This document shows, piece by piece, positions 1 to 12,680 of a stretch of 64,000 nucleotides of DNA; position 1 is the first letter of the stretch; every line of letters starts with the position of its first letter. Position numbers and translations under genes: made by a program. This DNA comes from Takakia lepidozioides (taxonomy: Eukaryota > Plantae > Bryophyta): NCBI GenBank assembly GCA_030704615.1, contig CM060731.1, positions 90,582,001-90,646,000 on the forward strand, written 5' to 3'. The notes beneath the pieces were generated by a model that saw only the letters and a program-made list of their open reading frames with translations, was not told where the DNA came from and searched no databases.

Positions 1-24
1 CCCGGTTTACAGAAGACTTGGTTT

Positions 25-3000
25 GTGAGTGGACTAAGACCAGAGTTGCAGAAGAAAGTGGATATGTTACCCCATAATACAGTGGAGGAGGCATTTGAAA
101 CTGCAAACAGAATTGAGCAATTGGGAATGCTCAGGAGAGAGAAAAAGGAAGATGAGGACTCTGAAGATGAGTCAGATGAAGAAGAAGAGCAAGAACTAAA
201 AAGAAAGAGTAAGAGAAAGGAAAAGTTGAAGAGGGATAACTATGAGAAAAGATTGGAAGAAATCTTGAAGAAGTATGCCACAGAGGCTGCAATACATTGG
301 AGGAAGGGTGTATGGTGTGCAAAGTGCCAGAATGAAGGCCATACCACTACAGAATGCCACATGAAGGAGAAACACTGTACTATCTGTAAAATGGATAACC
401 ATTCTACTGAGAATTGTTACTACAACAGAAGGACAGCTGCAAGAGAACCTAGGCAAGTGAGGGTGCATCAGGTGCAGCCCCAGCCAAGAAGAAGCAATGA
501 TCAGGACCACTATGGTAGGTCTGGTGGTTATAACAATGGCATGGAAGGGAGAGGTAATTCAAGAGGGAATTACCAAGGAAATTCCAGAGGCAACTATCAG
601 GGTAATCCAAGGGGGAATTACCAGCCCGGGAATCAGGATTATAGAAATAATCCAAGACCAGACCAAGGGCGAGGACCCAATGGTGAAGAGCTATGTTACT
701 ATTGTAATCAGCCAGGACATCGCAAGGCAGCCTGTTCATTCTGGATAAGACACCTGAATGAGATGAGAGCTCCTGTGAATGAGGGCCCAGTGGTGGCAGC
801 TCACATGGTTAGGCCATGTGTTGTACCAGAAGTAAGTACAATGATAGTAACAAGAAGTAAAGCCAAACTAATACCTCCAGTAGAAGAGGAAGAAGATGAG
901 ACTGGAAGTGGCAATGATATGCCTGAAGATGAAGAGACTTGGAAGGATGAGAAGGAATTGCACAAGGAAGTGGCAGATACTATAAGGGAAATGCAAAAGA
1001 GTACTGATATTCCTGTGGCAGATTCCTCTGATTCGGATGGAGAAAAAGAGGGGAGTGAGGAAGAAAGGAAAAAAGAAGATGCAGACATGCAAAGTAATGA
1101 AGAGACTTTGGCTGAAGTAATATGTCAGACCAAAGCAGAAATTACCATTGGACAGCTATTAGCTGTGGCACCTTATTGTAGGCACAGGCTGTATCAGGCA
1201 ATCAATCGAATTGCCCAAGAGACAGGAAACACAGACCTGAACAGCAAGGTGACCAGTTATAATGTGAAGCCGGAAGGGCGAGAACCAGTCATGGACTTTG
1301 ATGATTCTATGCCAGTAATCCAATTGAGAATTGGAAGCACAGAACTAACTGATGTACTGATAGATGGTGGTTATGGGGTAAATATCATGACAGACCAATT
1401 AAGGAAGAAGCTTGGTCTAAGTAACATGAAACCAGCCCCATTTACAGTAACAATGGCAGATCAAAGAAGTGTACAGCCATTGGGATTAATAAGAGGAGTT
1501 AAGATACAGATACAGAAAATGATCTTTATGATCACAGTAACTGTATTAAAAATGGATGAAGTCATGGAGGCTTACTCCTTATTATTGGGACGTCCGTGGC
1601 TGAAACAGGCAAGGGTATTCCATGACTGGAATTCTCAGTTACTAACTGTGCATAATGGGATGCACGAGATACAAATTACCACAAAGAAATCTAGTAGATT
1701 ACCTGCTACAAGAAGACCTCGAGGAGTCAGAGAGTATGACTGGAGGGGAGGACTGGATGAGGAGCAGGAAGCTACCCTATTTGCTGCACACCCAGAATGG
1801 GAGCAGGTTGCAGAGATGCGGCTGGAAAGCCTAAGTTGTTTGAGAGGTATCTGCTGTGGTGTAGTGACAGCAACACCAACTGAAGAAGAAACCAGCATTT
1901 ACCCATCACATTTCTATGAAGAAAGAGAAGGAGAAATAGAAATCCTAGAAGAACCAGCCACTGTGAGCTTACAGGATGAAGTGGTGACCGGTTGGACAAT
2001 CACAGCTGATGAGCAGGTGAGAGAAGTAAATGTGGGAACTCAGGAGGAACCGAGGATGGTGAAAGTAGGAGCTGATTTGGAGCCGGAATTCTTCGAAGAA
2101 GCAAAAAGCTTGTTCATCAAATACAGAGATGTATTTGCTTGGAGCTATGAGGATCTAAAAGGGATACCACCTGAAGTCTGTCAGCATAAAATTGAACTGG
2201 AACCAGGGTCAGTACCAATCAAGCAGGCGAGGTATAGAATGAATCCCAACTACGCACAGAAGGTTGGAGAAGAGATAAAGAAGTTGGCTGAGGCTAAGTT
2301 TATATACCCAATAGAGTATACAACTTGGTTGTCACCCATTGTTATAGTTCCCAAGAAGAATGGCAAACTAAGAGTATGTGTGAACTATAAGAAGCTGAAT
2401 GCTTGTACGAAGAAAGATCCTTTCCCTTTGCCATTCACAGAAGCAGTATTAGACACTGTGGCAGGCCATGAGATGTACTCATTCATGGATGGCTTCAGTG
2501 GTTATAATCAAGTGCAAGTGGCAGAAGAAGACCAAGGGAAAACAGCTTTCATCACAGACTGGGGGCTTATGCATACAAAGTCATGCCCTTTGGACTTTGT
2601 AATGCACCAGCGACCTTTCAGAGAGTGATAAGTGAATCTTTTCATGAGTATCTGGATGATTTCATGCAGGTATTCTTGGATGATTTCAGTGTGTACAGCT
2701 CTAAGAATGAGCACTTACATAAATTGGAGTTATGCCTGGCCAGATGCAGGATGAGAGGTCTGGGCTTGAACCAGAGAAGTGTACTTTCTGTGTGAACTCA
2801 GGGGTGCTTCTGGGACACATTGTGTGTAAGAAGGGACTCCTTGTGGATCCCAGGAAGACAGAGTCCATTAAAGCCTCTCCACCACCAGTGAATGTTAAGA
2901 GTTTAAGGAGATTCCTTGGGCAAACCAGTTATTACAGAAGATTTGTCAAAAGGTATGCACAAATAGCAGCACCATTGAGCAAGCTTCTGAAGAAAGATGC

Positions 3001-4234
3001 AGTGTTTGCATGGACAGCTGAATGTCAACAGGCGTTTGAGGAACTTACACTGTCAGTAACAACTACACCTGTGCTGATTAACCCTCACTGACATGTAGTA
3101 TTTCATGTTCACTGCGATGCATCAGGAGAAGCGTTGGGAGCGGTGTTAGCCCAGAATGTTACAGGGAATATAGATTCACCTGTGTACTATGCTAGCCGGT
3201 TGATGAACAGTGCTGAGAGGAACTATAGCACAACGGAAAGAGAAGCATTGGCAATGATCTATGCAGTGAAGAAATTCAGGCATTACCTATTGGGAAGAAA
3301 GTTTATGTTTTATGTGGATCACCAGGCTCTGATATATCTGGTGAACAAACCTTTGATAAGTGGAAGGATAGCGAGGTGGTTAATAATCTTGCATGAGTTT
3401 GAGTTCGAGGTTATTTACAAGCCTGGCCGTTTGCATCTTGTGGCAGATCATTTGTCACGACTAACAACAGGAGAGGCCGCCACAGGAGTGGACGATCAGT
3501 TACCTGATGCGAGTTTATTTGTAATGGAGGTGCAAGGAAGTGCAGATGAATGGTTAGATTGGCAGTGGCCAATCAGATACTACCTTGCTCATGGTCAGTG
3601 TCCACCTAGTTATGGTAAGGAGCAGAGGAAGAGAATTGCTATCAGAGCTTTACCTTATACTATGGTAGGAAGCAGAATGTATAAGTTAGGACCTGATGGA
3701 GTACTAAAACGATGCTTGTACCACCATGAAGTAAATAAAGTCTTGGAGGAAGTTCATAAAGGAGTGGCTGGAGGTCATTTTGGAGAAGAGACTACCAGTA
3801 GAAAGATACTACTCGCAGGATACTGGTGGCCTACTTTGTTCAAAGATGTACATGAGTATTGTCAGAAGTGTGATGAATGTCAGAGGCTAGGACCTTTGCA
3901 GAGATATGGAAGAATGGCCTTGCATCCTACAATGCCTACGGAACCATTTCAGAAATGGGGACTAGACTTTGTTGGACCAATTAATCCACCATCCAAGAAT
4001 ACACAAAACAGGTACATAATTACAGCCACTGATTATACTACAAAGTGGGTGGAAGCTAAAGCTTTGAGGGACAACACAGCCAAGTCCACAGCAAGGTTCC
4101 TGTACGAGAACATACTTACACGATTTGGATGTCCCTTAGAATTTATCAGTGATCAAGGAAGTCACTTCATGAATGAGACCATTGAGTTATTGACTAAAGA
4201 GTTTATGATTGTGCATAGAAAGAGTACAACATAT
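25..4234 (+). pseudogene. Gypsy gag-pol, 5' part (frameshifted)
   Basis: Three CCHC knuckles (CAKCQNEGHTTTEC, CTICKMDNHSTENC, CYYCNQPGHRKAAC), protease LIDGG, RT MPFGLCNAPATFQR and FLDD, RNase H CDASG and NYSTTEREALA, integrase HHCC, WGLDFVGP, SDQGSHF; frameshifts near 2570 and 2770, stop at ~3090. Confidence 0.95.
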
Positions 4235-4280
4235 GAGGTTTGCTATTTCATGAGCATGAGCGGCATGAGCGGCATGAGCA
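4235..4280 (+). repeat. Left TIR built of tandem CATGAGC(GG) motifs
   Basis: tgctatttcatgagcatgagcggcatgagcggcatgagc mirrors 12681-12733. Confidence 0.85.
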
Positions 4281-4484
4281 GAGTAGTAACACAATCGGTT
4301 TTCATGAGCAGAAGTACAAATTTCGAAAATAAAAAACAATAAAAAACAATAAAAAACAATAATTTAATGCAATGTGTCAGAAAAAACAAATATATTATTC
4401 GGCCCCTTGAAGGGAAAATTGCACTTTTGACAGTTGTGCTCATGATATTTTGTCTTCCGCTCATGCCAATTCCTAGCGACATGT

Positions 4485-4855
4485 GCAAATATGGCGCCGA
4501 ACTTCGCGGTAATAGGGTCCGTAACCTGAAAAAACGGCGACGTATTTCGCGGCAATAGGTCTCTCTGGCGAAAAATGGTGCCGAATTCCGCGGCTATAGG
4601 TCCCCTCATGACAGGTAATTCGGCGCCATTTTTCCAGTGCATGTTCGGACTTAGCCAGTTTTCGGCCCAAAAAAGAGAAATTCGGCGCCATTTTTCCAGA
4701 CACGGTACCAGTGCATGTTGGGACTTAGCCAGTTTTCGGCCCCAAAAAGAGAAATTCGGCGCCATTTTCCCAAACACAGGTACCAGTGCATGTTGGGACT
4801 TAGCGAGTTTTCGGCCCCAAAAAGAGAAATTCGGCGCCATTTTTCCAGAAATGGC
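4485..4855. repeat. Left subterminal repeats (~74-bp unit x3 plus inverted GGCGCCGAA motifs)
   Basis: Repeated ccagtgcatgttgggacttagccagttttcggccc(c)aaaaagagaaattcggcgccatttt. Confidence 0.85.
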
Positions 4856-5003
4856 CCCAGAACTGCTTCTGTTGGATCTCAGTTTGAATGGAATATTGCC
4901 TCATTCCAGGAGTTTTGGGGTGCATTTCATTACACTGCAAAAAAAAAGTCTGATACAGCAAAATGCATTGAAAATATCCATATGGAGGATTCCGTTTGCC
5001 CCA

Positions 5004-8000
5004 TCAATGATTTCTGGAATCCCTAAGAAGGAGTTTGTGCAGCTCGTTCACGCTCAACGCCGGTGCATGAATAAAGTCATCAATAGTCACGTTCATCCTC
5101 AACCTCTTCAGGTAATGTAATACAGATGCTTGCACGGATAATACTTCGAACCCTTCTTTGCTTCCATCAACGAGAAGTCCGTACAGTTGCAAGTCGGCTC
5201 CACTCCAATCGTAATTGTGTATACATCGTCGCGTACAGCCGAGCCGGCCGTTGCCATCCGATACACACGCCCAAGGCCGGGTGGGGGTACGTCCACGGAG
5301 CTCTGAATAGTGCAAGCCATCCCAAGAGCATTGGCAATCCGAGTCTCATTCAACTTGTTGGGAGGGTGTCGTCTCTTCACTCTTCCGAATCGCATTGTGG
5401 GATGTGCAGAATTGTCCAATCCGTCTCTACTGGACCGAGCAGTATGCAATGGCTGGGTCTGAGGAACCGGAAATGCGTGGGCCGGGATGTCTGTGCGTTG
5501 CACCATTCGAAATCCTGCTGCAGATAGAGCATCCGCCTCATTCTGAGAGAGGCTGCAACCCGGTGCAACAGGCCAAACGCCCGGAGGCTCCGGCATTCCC
5601 TGAATCCCGTACTTGGGCTTGCCAAATACACAGGTCATTATGTCGTGCCTATAGAACCAAAATGTCTGCGTTGTGGCGTGAGCAAATGTGGGAGTCAAAA
5701 ATCTGCCGCTGAAACAAGGTGCAGGTACAGCACCGTGTGGGTTCCTCCGAATCATCTCACCACAGCGTGCTCTCGTATCCACCCGGATGGCGCAACACTT
5801 CCCTCGAAATGCCGGCAATGTCCTCGCAATTCTCCACTGTGACTCCGACACTCTTGTCTCCACAATGGGAATGTTGTATTGCTTTACTACAGATGGCTCG
5901 TTATGTTGCCGGGGCACGCGCCCTGTGCTCAAAGGAGATGGCGATCTTGAACGTGCAGGACTTCCGGTGCTCGACGAGACCTCCTCGGACAACATCACCG
6001 GACCACGAGGGAGCGTGCGAATATTCTTGTCAGCTCGCCATGAATCCTCTTCTCCGCCAGGTGCCTCGTCAAGTCTTCGTCTCACTGGACGGGTATGAAC
6101 ATCTCCTTCCAAATGTTGGCCTCTTCGCAGCAATGGCGTGTCCCGAAGGCCCTCTCGCAAGGCCGCCGCCCACTTCCGAGGATTCTTCGATCTGGAGGCA
6201 GTCCGCATCAGCATTTCCTGCCTGTCCGGCCCCAAGCCCCACTGTTTCCCTTTCAAGAACTCGTTGTACCTGCATTGCTGCATAATTGACCTCACAATGT
6301 CCTCCGTTGTGGCAGTGAGGATGTCCACCAGATGCGCCGCAGAGGAGGCACGCCAGGAAGAGTGCACTGATTCGGCCATGTTTGTCGTGGGCATGTCGGT
6401 GTCGGAGTCGAGACACATTTCCTGCACAAGCACATGTTGAGGTTACAAGCAAGTTACAAATATGGCCAAGAATAATATCCAACGGGACGCGAATTCGTGC
6501 AACTCACCTCCCGCATATAGTCGCCGAACTGGAGGAAACGATAATGCCACCATGCTAGCCAACTGACCATTGCTCCTTCGTCTGATTTCCTTACAGCACC
6601 TGACGATGTCCACCAAGCCCGTATGCATGCAAACTGTGTCTCTGCATCATCCAAGGTGGGAGCGCGCTTCCACGCAAGGCACATGGAACGGTGCTCCTCT
6701 CTGAAATCTGGCGCCACGAGCCTGGTTGTGTACTGCGAAAGGCTCTGCAGAAAGTGGAACCCACAAGATCTCTCCTTGCCTTCCATGGGAACATTGGGGT
6801 CTTGCCCGTACACCCTTCGGATGGCAGCCCAATTTGCTTGTGCGTTGTCCGCCATGAAACCACGGAAATTGGGAGGGGGCAATCCCGCCTTGGCCATCTG
6901 TTCGTTTATTCCCTGCCAAAGAAGCATCTCCGATTGTGTGTCCTCTCCTTTCATCTCACAAATAGCAATTGTCATTAGCATCCTGCAGTGGGTGTCGTAG
7001 ACATGTGCACCCATTGTCACCCACTGGTGATTTGTAATTCGCTTGATATGGTCGAACATGACCCAACTGTTTGACAAGTTCCCACTCGTCATCCTGTCGA
7101 CCAGTTCGACGCCACTGCCAGGTCCACACGTGGACATTTTGAATACGAAACAACGATCTGCCTCAGTCCCTTGTCCTGGAAACCTACTTCCATGAATGTA
7201 GTCATATCCACATCGTCGCTTCACCTCCAGAATGGAGTGCATATCCGAGCCACGCCCAATTTTCTGTTTGCAAGAGACAATGTGGTTTCGGACATTCGGT
7301 GAACATACGTGGGACACCGACTCGAGCAATGCCTCCATTTCCTTCTCGTCGAGAGGAACTCTATCCGAGCCGTCTTCCGACATAATTCTGGCCAATGCCA
7401 TCTTATGGGCGGCTTGGAGCTGTATCTGTTTGGGTTTGGCACCCGGTCTCAACTTAACCTCCTCCTGAACGAGCTGCTCTGCTTCGTGGGCAGCCTCCCG
7501 CGAGTTCCCCCTCGCCAATTTGTGACAATGGGAACCAACGTGTATGCAAGCTCGGGTGAGGTCAGGGAAACGGTGCAACACATAGAACTGCTTGGCATTA
7601 CAAACAGACATGAAGTGTGGTGGTTCTTTGCAATGCGCACACTTAAATGTGGAGTTCGGAACCTTCTCCTGAGCTCGAAATGGTTGGTGAGCTGTGCCTG
7701 TCCAATCGGTCTCGTTCCTGTGACCTCTGGATTTAAAGTGGAAGCAAGTTGGGGAGAAACACCGCAACGCGCCCGCACAAACAACGTAGCGCACCCGCAC
7801 ACCATCAAGCATCTTCATGCTGGTGGTTTTGGTAACGCACCAAGGATGACCGTCATGTTTTCTATCCATATCTGTCAACATTCCGGACGCCCTCGAGTAG
7901 TCCGCCCGAGGAGGGAACTCAAAGAAGACATTACCGTCGATCCTCTTTTCCAGCACATGTCCGGTAAGATGTTCTACGTGTGGGACGGCAATCATCGCCT

Positions 8001-8055
8001 CCTGGCATGGATGGAGCACATTGCCCAAGCCCACCCCAACGATCTCGATTGGCAT
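5004..8055 (-). CDS. MULE-type DDE transposase with N-terminal Cys/His-rich (GCM/WRKY-like) region and C-terminal SWIM finger; intron 6507-6422; 1-bp frameshift near 5115
   Basis: VMFDHIKR (D1), FMADNAQAN (D2), SCGFH (CxxH), NMAESVH (E) after a GT-AG intron; SWIM CNCTDF...CKH; C-terminus appears to continue in the 5004..5315 frame (LKRLRMN...FIHAPALSVNEL). True 5' end uncertain. Confidence 0.85.
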
Positions 8056-11000
8056 TTCGCCGTCGATTGTGTTGTGCTGAAGGTTGCGGGGCCCAAAGAT
8101 CGCAGTCTTCTCAAAGCTGCAATGGCCGACATCAACTCGTAAGCTACAACCCCTCTCGCTTTTGGACTTTGAATTTGGAAGTCATTTCATTGCGAATCCT
8201 CATATATGATGAAAATTCCCATTTCAGTATTGTTTGATGGAAATGTGGCACTGCAGGGTGACTGAGAATGCCTTCATTGCCACCAACTTGTCCCATATGC
8301 TCTTCCGAGTGAAGGATGTCGGGAGGCAGGGGGTGGAAGAGTTTGCCAATTCCCTCAGTGCCGACCTCCTGCGCAAGTCGGAGGCAAAGGCAGACAGAAC
8401 CTGGTATAGGCTGAGCGTCGACGCCATGGTGGACTACATATTTCGGGTAAAGCTCCTGCAGTTTTGTTGAGCTAAATTGTCTCTCCTCCCCCAATAGAAG
8501 AAATTGTGTTGAGCAGGATCTCTAATCTTATGTGCTGCTTTTCGACAGACGAAAATACAGCAGGATTGGCACATGCGCGGAGGTTCTACATGGAGTCAGA
8601 GGAGAAGAATCCAACCCTCCCGGAACTCGAATCGTATGTCAAAGCTGCGGAGGTGAGGGCCCGCATAAAGTACAAGTCGCGGATGGTAAAGTACGTGGCC
8701 ATAGCTGATCCCGCCCTTGGTGCCGACTTTCTGGTGGAGGTGGGAAAGCACTACTCTCGCGCTCTGAAGCCCACGATGACATTGGAGAAGCTCCATCGTC
8801 TAGCCACATCCTGTGTGGATGCAACAGAAAAGGTGATACATTCTTAACCAAATTGTGGTGGCAACAACTCCTTTTTGTGGTGTTTGGCGCTTACGAATAT
8901 GCTGGGTGGTTGGACAGACCCGGTGGCTCCAAATCTGGAATGGTTCCCAAAGTACCAGGGACATGTGGAGCTTCCCCAAACCGGACAAACTCTCTGACCC
9001 CACATTCGACATGTGGATGAACCGCATGACATGGTGGTTTCAGGTACTTCCCCACGCTTCGTTTGGGGCTTGTACTCTAGTAGGGGGTTGATTCATTGTA
9101 TTTTTTGAGGAAAGCGATCTGATGGACAATCTCCACAGGTGACGACGAATGCGCAAGAGCAGCTGGACACACAAGCACATCAGTTCAAGATGGAGATATC
9201 TCCTGCAGCAGAGAGCTGCGTGACTATGTGACGAGGTACTTTCTGCTCTACAAACCAACCTATTCTTTCGGGAGATAGCAGATGCTCGCCGGAGCCACGA
9301 GTTCACCGACCAGCCGAACGCGGACAAAGCAGCAATGCGCCTTCTGTACAGGTACATACGCGCTGCCTTTCTTTCAAGTCCTGGCATTTCAGGATGTTAG
9401 AGGCCTAAGTGGTGTTTAGGGAAAATGGCGCCGAATTTCCAGTCAGGGCTCCGAAAATGGCAAAGTCCCTAGTGTGGCTGGCCCGGAACTGGAAATTCGG
9501 CGCCGTTTTCCAGTTCTAGGCCCTATTGCCGTCCAGGGACTTAGCCATTTCGGGCTAAGTCCCTAGACTGGCTGGCCATGAAGTGGAAATTCGGCGCCAT
9601 ATTCCAGTTCCAGGCCCTATTGCCGTCCAGGGACTTAGCCATTTTCGGTCTAAGTCCCTAGGGTGGCTGGCCCGGAACTGGAAATTCGGCGCCGTATTCC
9701 AGTTCTAGGCCCTATTGCCGTCCAGGACTTAGCCATTTTCCGGCTAAGTCCCTAGACTGGCTGGCCCTGAAGTGGAAATTCGGCGCCATATTCCAGTTCC
9801 AGGCCCTATTGCCGTCCAGGGACTTAGCCATTTTAGGTCTAAGTCCCTAGGGTGGCTGGCCCGGAACTGGAAATTCGGCGCCGTTTCCAGTTCTAGGCCC
9901 TATTGCCGTCCAGGGACTTAGCCATTTTTGTGTAAGTCCCTAGGGTGGCTGGCCCGGAAGTGGAAATTCGGCGCCGTTTTCCAGTTCCAGGCCGTATTGC
10001 CGTCCAGGGACTTAGCCATTTTCGGGCTAAGTCCCTACACTGGGTGGCCCTGAAGTGGAAATTCGGCGCCATATTCCAGTTGTAGGCCCTATTGCCGTTC
10101 AGGGAGTTAGCCATTTCGGACCTCATTGGGTTTTTCATGAATGCAGGTACTGTAAGTTCTCGCTTTTGGAGAAAGGTCATCTGTCTTTCGAGCCACCATT
10201 CTTCCTGGCATGGAGGAACCCTGGGGCTGACTCCATGTACACTGACGATATTGTGAAGGAGTGGCATCTGGAACATTTGCGTGATTGCCCTTGGTATGTG
10301 GACCTTCCGCCCGGCTCGCTCGACCCATCCGAGTTTCAATTGAAGCTGGATGCTGAATTCCGACGAAACCGGGCTCCGCTGCCTCCGTTGGGTGCAAAAG
10401 AGGCAAAAGCGCTTGCGAACTCCAGGAAAGCGGCAGAGCTTGCTCAGGCAGGAATTCAGAGAAATTGCATGAGAAGAGTAAAGGTCAAAGGAAAAGGACA
10501 AGGAAACAGGTGACTGCAGTAACACCCAAAAAGAAGAAAACCATCGGGGCATCGGAGGAGGCGCAGGAGGGGACCCAAGAGAGTGACTCCGACGCCGATT
10601 TTGTTCAAGGTCCTGCGACTGCTGTTGCTCCTACCCAGTCACCGGTCGTCCGGGTTCCCAAGTCAGTTCGGAGTGGGACTGGCTCTGCCAAGAAGTTGGC
10701 ATTTGAGGGCGAGCCTACACGGCGGTATTCGGCGGTGACGTTTACGCACAGGCCAAAGCTAGAACCTCCAACCATCATCCAATGCGTCAATGAGAGCTTC
10801 CTTGACGCTCTCGCTGCCAGGGCGAAGAAGGTGGCACACAACAAGTCTCTGGCGGAGCAGAAGGGAAAAGCCAAGAAGAGGGCTGCCGGTACAGAGCCTA
10901 AAGACACCCCTGGTTTTGAAGCCATGATGGAATTCTTCACGGCTGTGAGCACGAATTGCAAGAGCACTCGGGGGGGGGTTGAGGTGGAGAGAGCTTGCGA

Positions 11001-12495
11001 CATGATTCTCCTCGACATTCCAGATGGGGAGCTGCTGGAGGGCCTGGATGGTGGCCCACCTGGAACAAGTTTACTGAGGACTACTGGAAAGCCGGGTTTG
11101 GGCTGGCGGGGATGCTTCTGGATGACGGTGGATGTGTGGTTGTCCTTGCCACGAGAGGGAAGACCACAGAGAATGCGGTGGCAAGGTGGACACCGAAAAG
11201 TGTCACCCCGGTCCTCCTCAGAAAATGGTTCTGCATCAGTACGCAGGGGTTGCGAACAGAGGGCCAAAGTGTAAGTTATCAATCTATTGCATTCACTTCA
11301 TATTGTGGTGTATGTTAAGTAGACCCTGGAATTGATCCTTCTTTGTTGGATGTGCAGACATTGGTGTTTGAGGCATATTGCTTTGTGAAGAGAGGGTCTA
11401 CGTTCAAATTCCGCAACGACGGTCGTCTTGTTGATGCCGCTGTGGACCCTGTAACCTACGATGTCCTCTACAACTATGTGCCCCACTCTAGTATGCCGAA
11501 GGACACAAAGACAGGCAAACCGTGGCGGTACAGCCGGACCCAAGCCCTTGCTTTCATCCAAACCCTCATGGAGACGTGCTCGGATGTCCAAGGGCGGATT
11601 CTGGACCTCACATGCGGCACGGGTAAGCCTTCACGTGCTCAGTTTGTCCCCTGGCCCCATTGCAATTGCATGCCGCAAGCTATTAACCGCCCGCTTTGTT
11701 CCTCAGGTGCTTCAATGTGGGCAGGGACGTTGTCCGACAGGCATGTGTTCGCCTTCGAGCCAGATACTGCCCTCCACAACTCGGAACTTGTAGCGGCTGA
11801 ACGTCTGCCGAAAGAGGAAGAGGCATCCTCGGAGGATGAGGAAAAATCCGAGAAGGAGCAGGGGGAGGAAGTTGGGATCGAGGCCGAGGAGCCCCGGTTT
11901 ACGAGTGAGTGGTGGCATTGTAAGTTGCCTCCAGATTTTGTGAGGCACCTCCCTCCGCTCTCTTATTTCATTGAAAACCCTTTCTGGTTGTGCTGGTATT
12001 GACATTCTTCAAGTGGATTGTTCTTACTACTGTAGGATGCCAAGTACTGCCGGAGGGACGTCTACACCGGAGTTCATGGGCAGGAGGAACGTGCCTTTTT
12101 TTGCCAGGGGAGATTTCATGCCTAGTCCAGAAAGGGAGTACATCCTGCCTACTTATGCTGCCCGGCTTGCTTCGGTGTCCATTAGGAGGTGTTCCGAACG
12201 TAGTCGTGTACAGCAGATTTTAGACGAGGCAAGCCTCAAGAAAATGAAGATGAGGGAGGAGGCAGCAGCTATTAGAGCCCGTCGGGCTCGTAGATTTGTG
12301 TTGGATTCTGCTGAGGAAAGTGGGGGAGAAGACGCAGAAGATTCCCAGGAGGTGAGGTGGACAGTCCCCCAAGGAGAGGACGGGATTTTTGAGAGGCATA
12401 GTGGAACTGATGCATCACAGAGCTCGGAGGATGAGGGGGATGAGGGGGATGAGGAAGAAGGTGGGGCAAGTTCCTCGGAGGGTGTAGGAGAGTAG
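7939..12495 (+). CDS. Multi-exon cargo gene: ParB/Srx-like (DGNHR) N-terminal domain plus beta-class amino DNA methyltransferase-like domain, acidic C-terminus; apparent frameshifts
   Basis: FYVWDGNHRLLAW at ~7972-8010. GT-AG introns 8139-8256, 8833-8917, 9352-10146, 11271-11357, 11623-11706. Motif IV-like DMILLDIPDG (DIPDG 11014-11028) precedes motif I ILDLTCGT|GAS...RHVFAFEPD. Frameshifts near 10465 and 11050. Exon phases at ~8450-8560 and 9110-9350 unresolved. Confidence 0.72.
9420..10110. repeat. Intronic minisatellite, ~94-bp unit x7, each unit with a GGGACTTAGCC-N6/7-GGCTAAGTCCC palindrome or a near variant
   Basis: GGAAATTCGGCGCC recurs at ~9491, 9585, 9680, 9774, 9869, 9962, 10056; alternating A/B variants give a ~189-bp higher-order unit. 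Confidence 0.93.
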
Positions 12496-12680
12496 TGCCC
12501 ATTCCGGCTATGACAGTTAGAACACACTTGTATAGACGTGGCTTGCCACAAAATTTGCAATAAAATGTTGCATTTTAAGTCCACTGGTGCCACATTCCAA
12601 CTTCACATGACCCTATTTCCGTGCCTCCTAACCCTATTTCCGTGGACTCACAATGGTCTGCTCATGCTTTTTTTTTTTTT

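Noticed and set aside
550-630. GN(S/P)RGNYQ peptide repeat in gag
   Set aside because: Ordinary low-complexity 24-bp expansion in the nucleocapsid region
7309-7935. N-terminal part of the 277-aa plus-strand ORF
   Set aside because: Codon-aligned antisense shadow of the transposase; only the part from ~7939 has recognisable motifs
9420-10110. CRISPR-like array of palindromic repeats
   Set aside because: Whole units repeat with no unique spacers, there are no cas genes, and the context is a eukaryotic intron; it is a minisatellite
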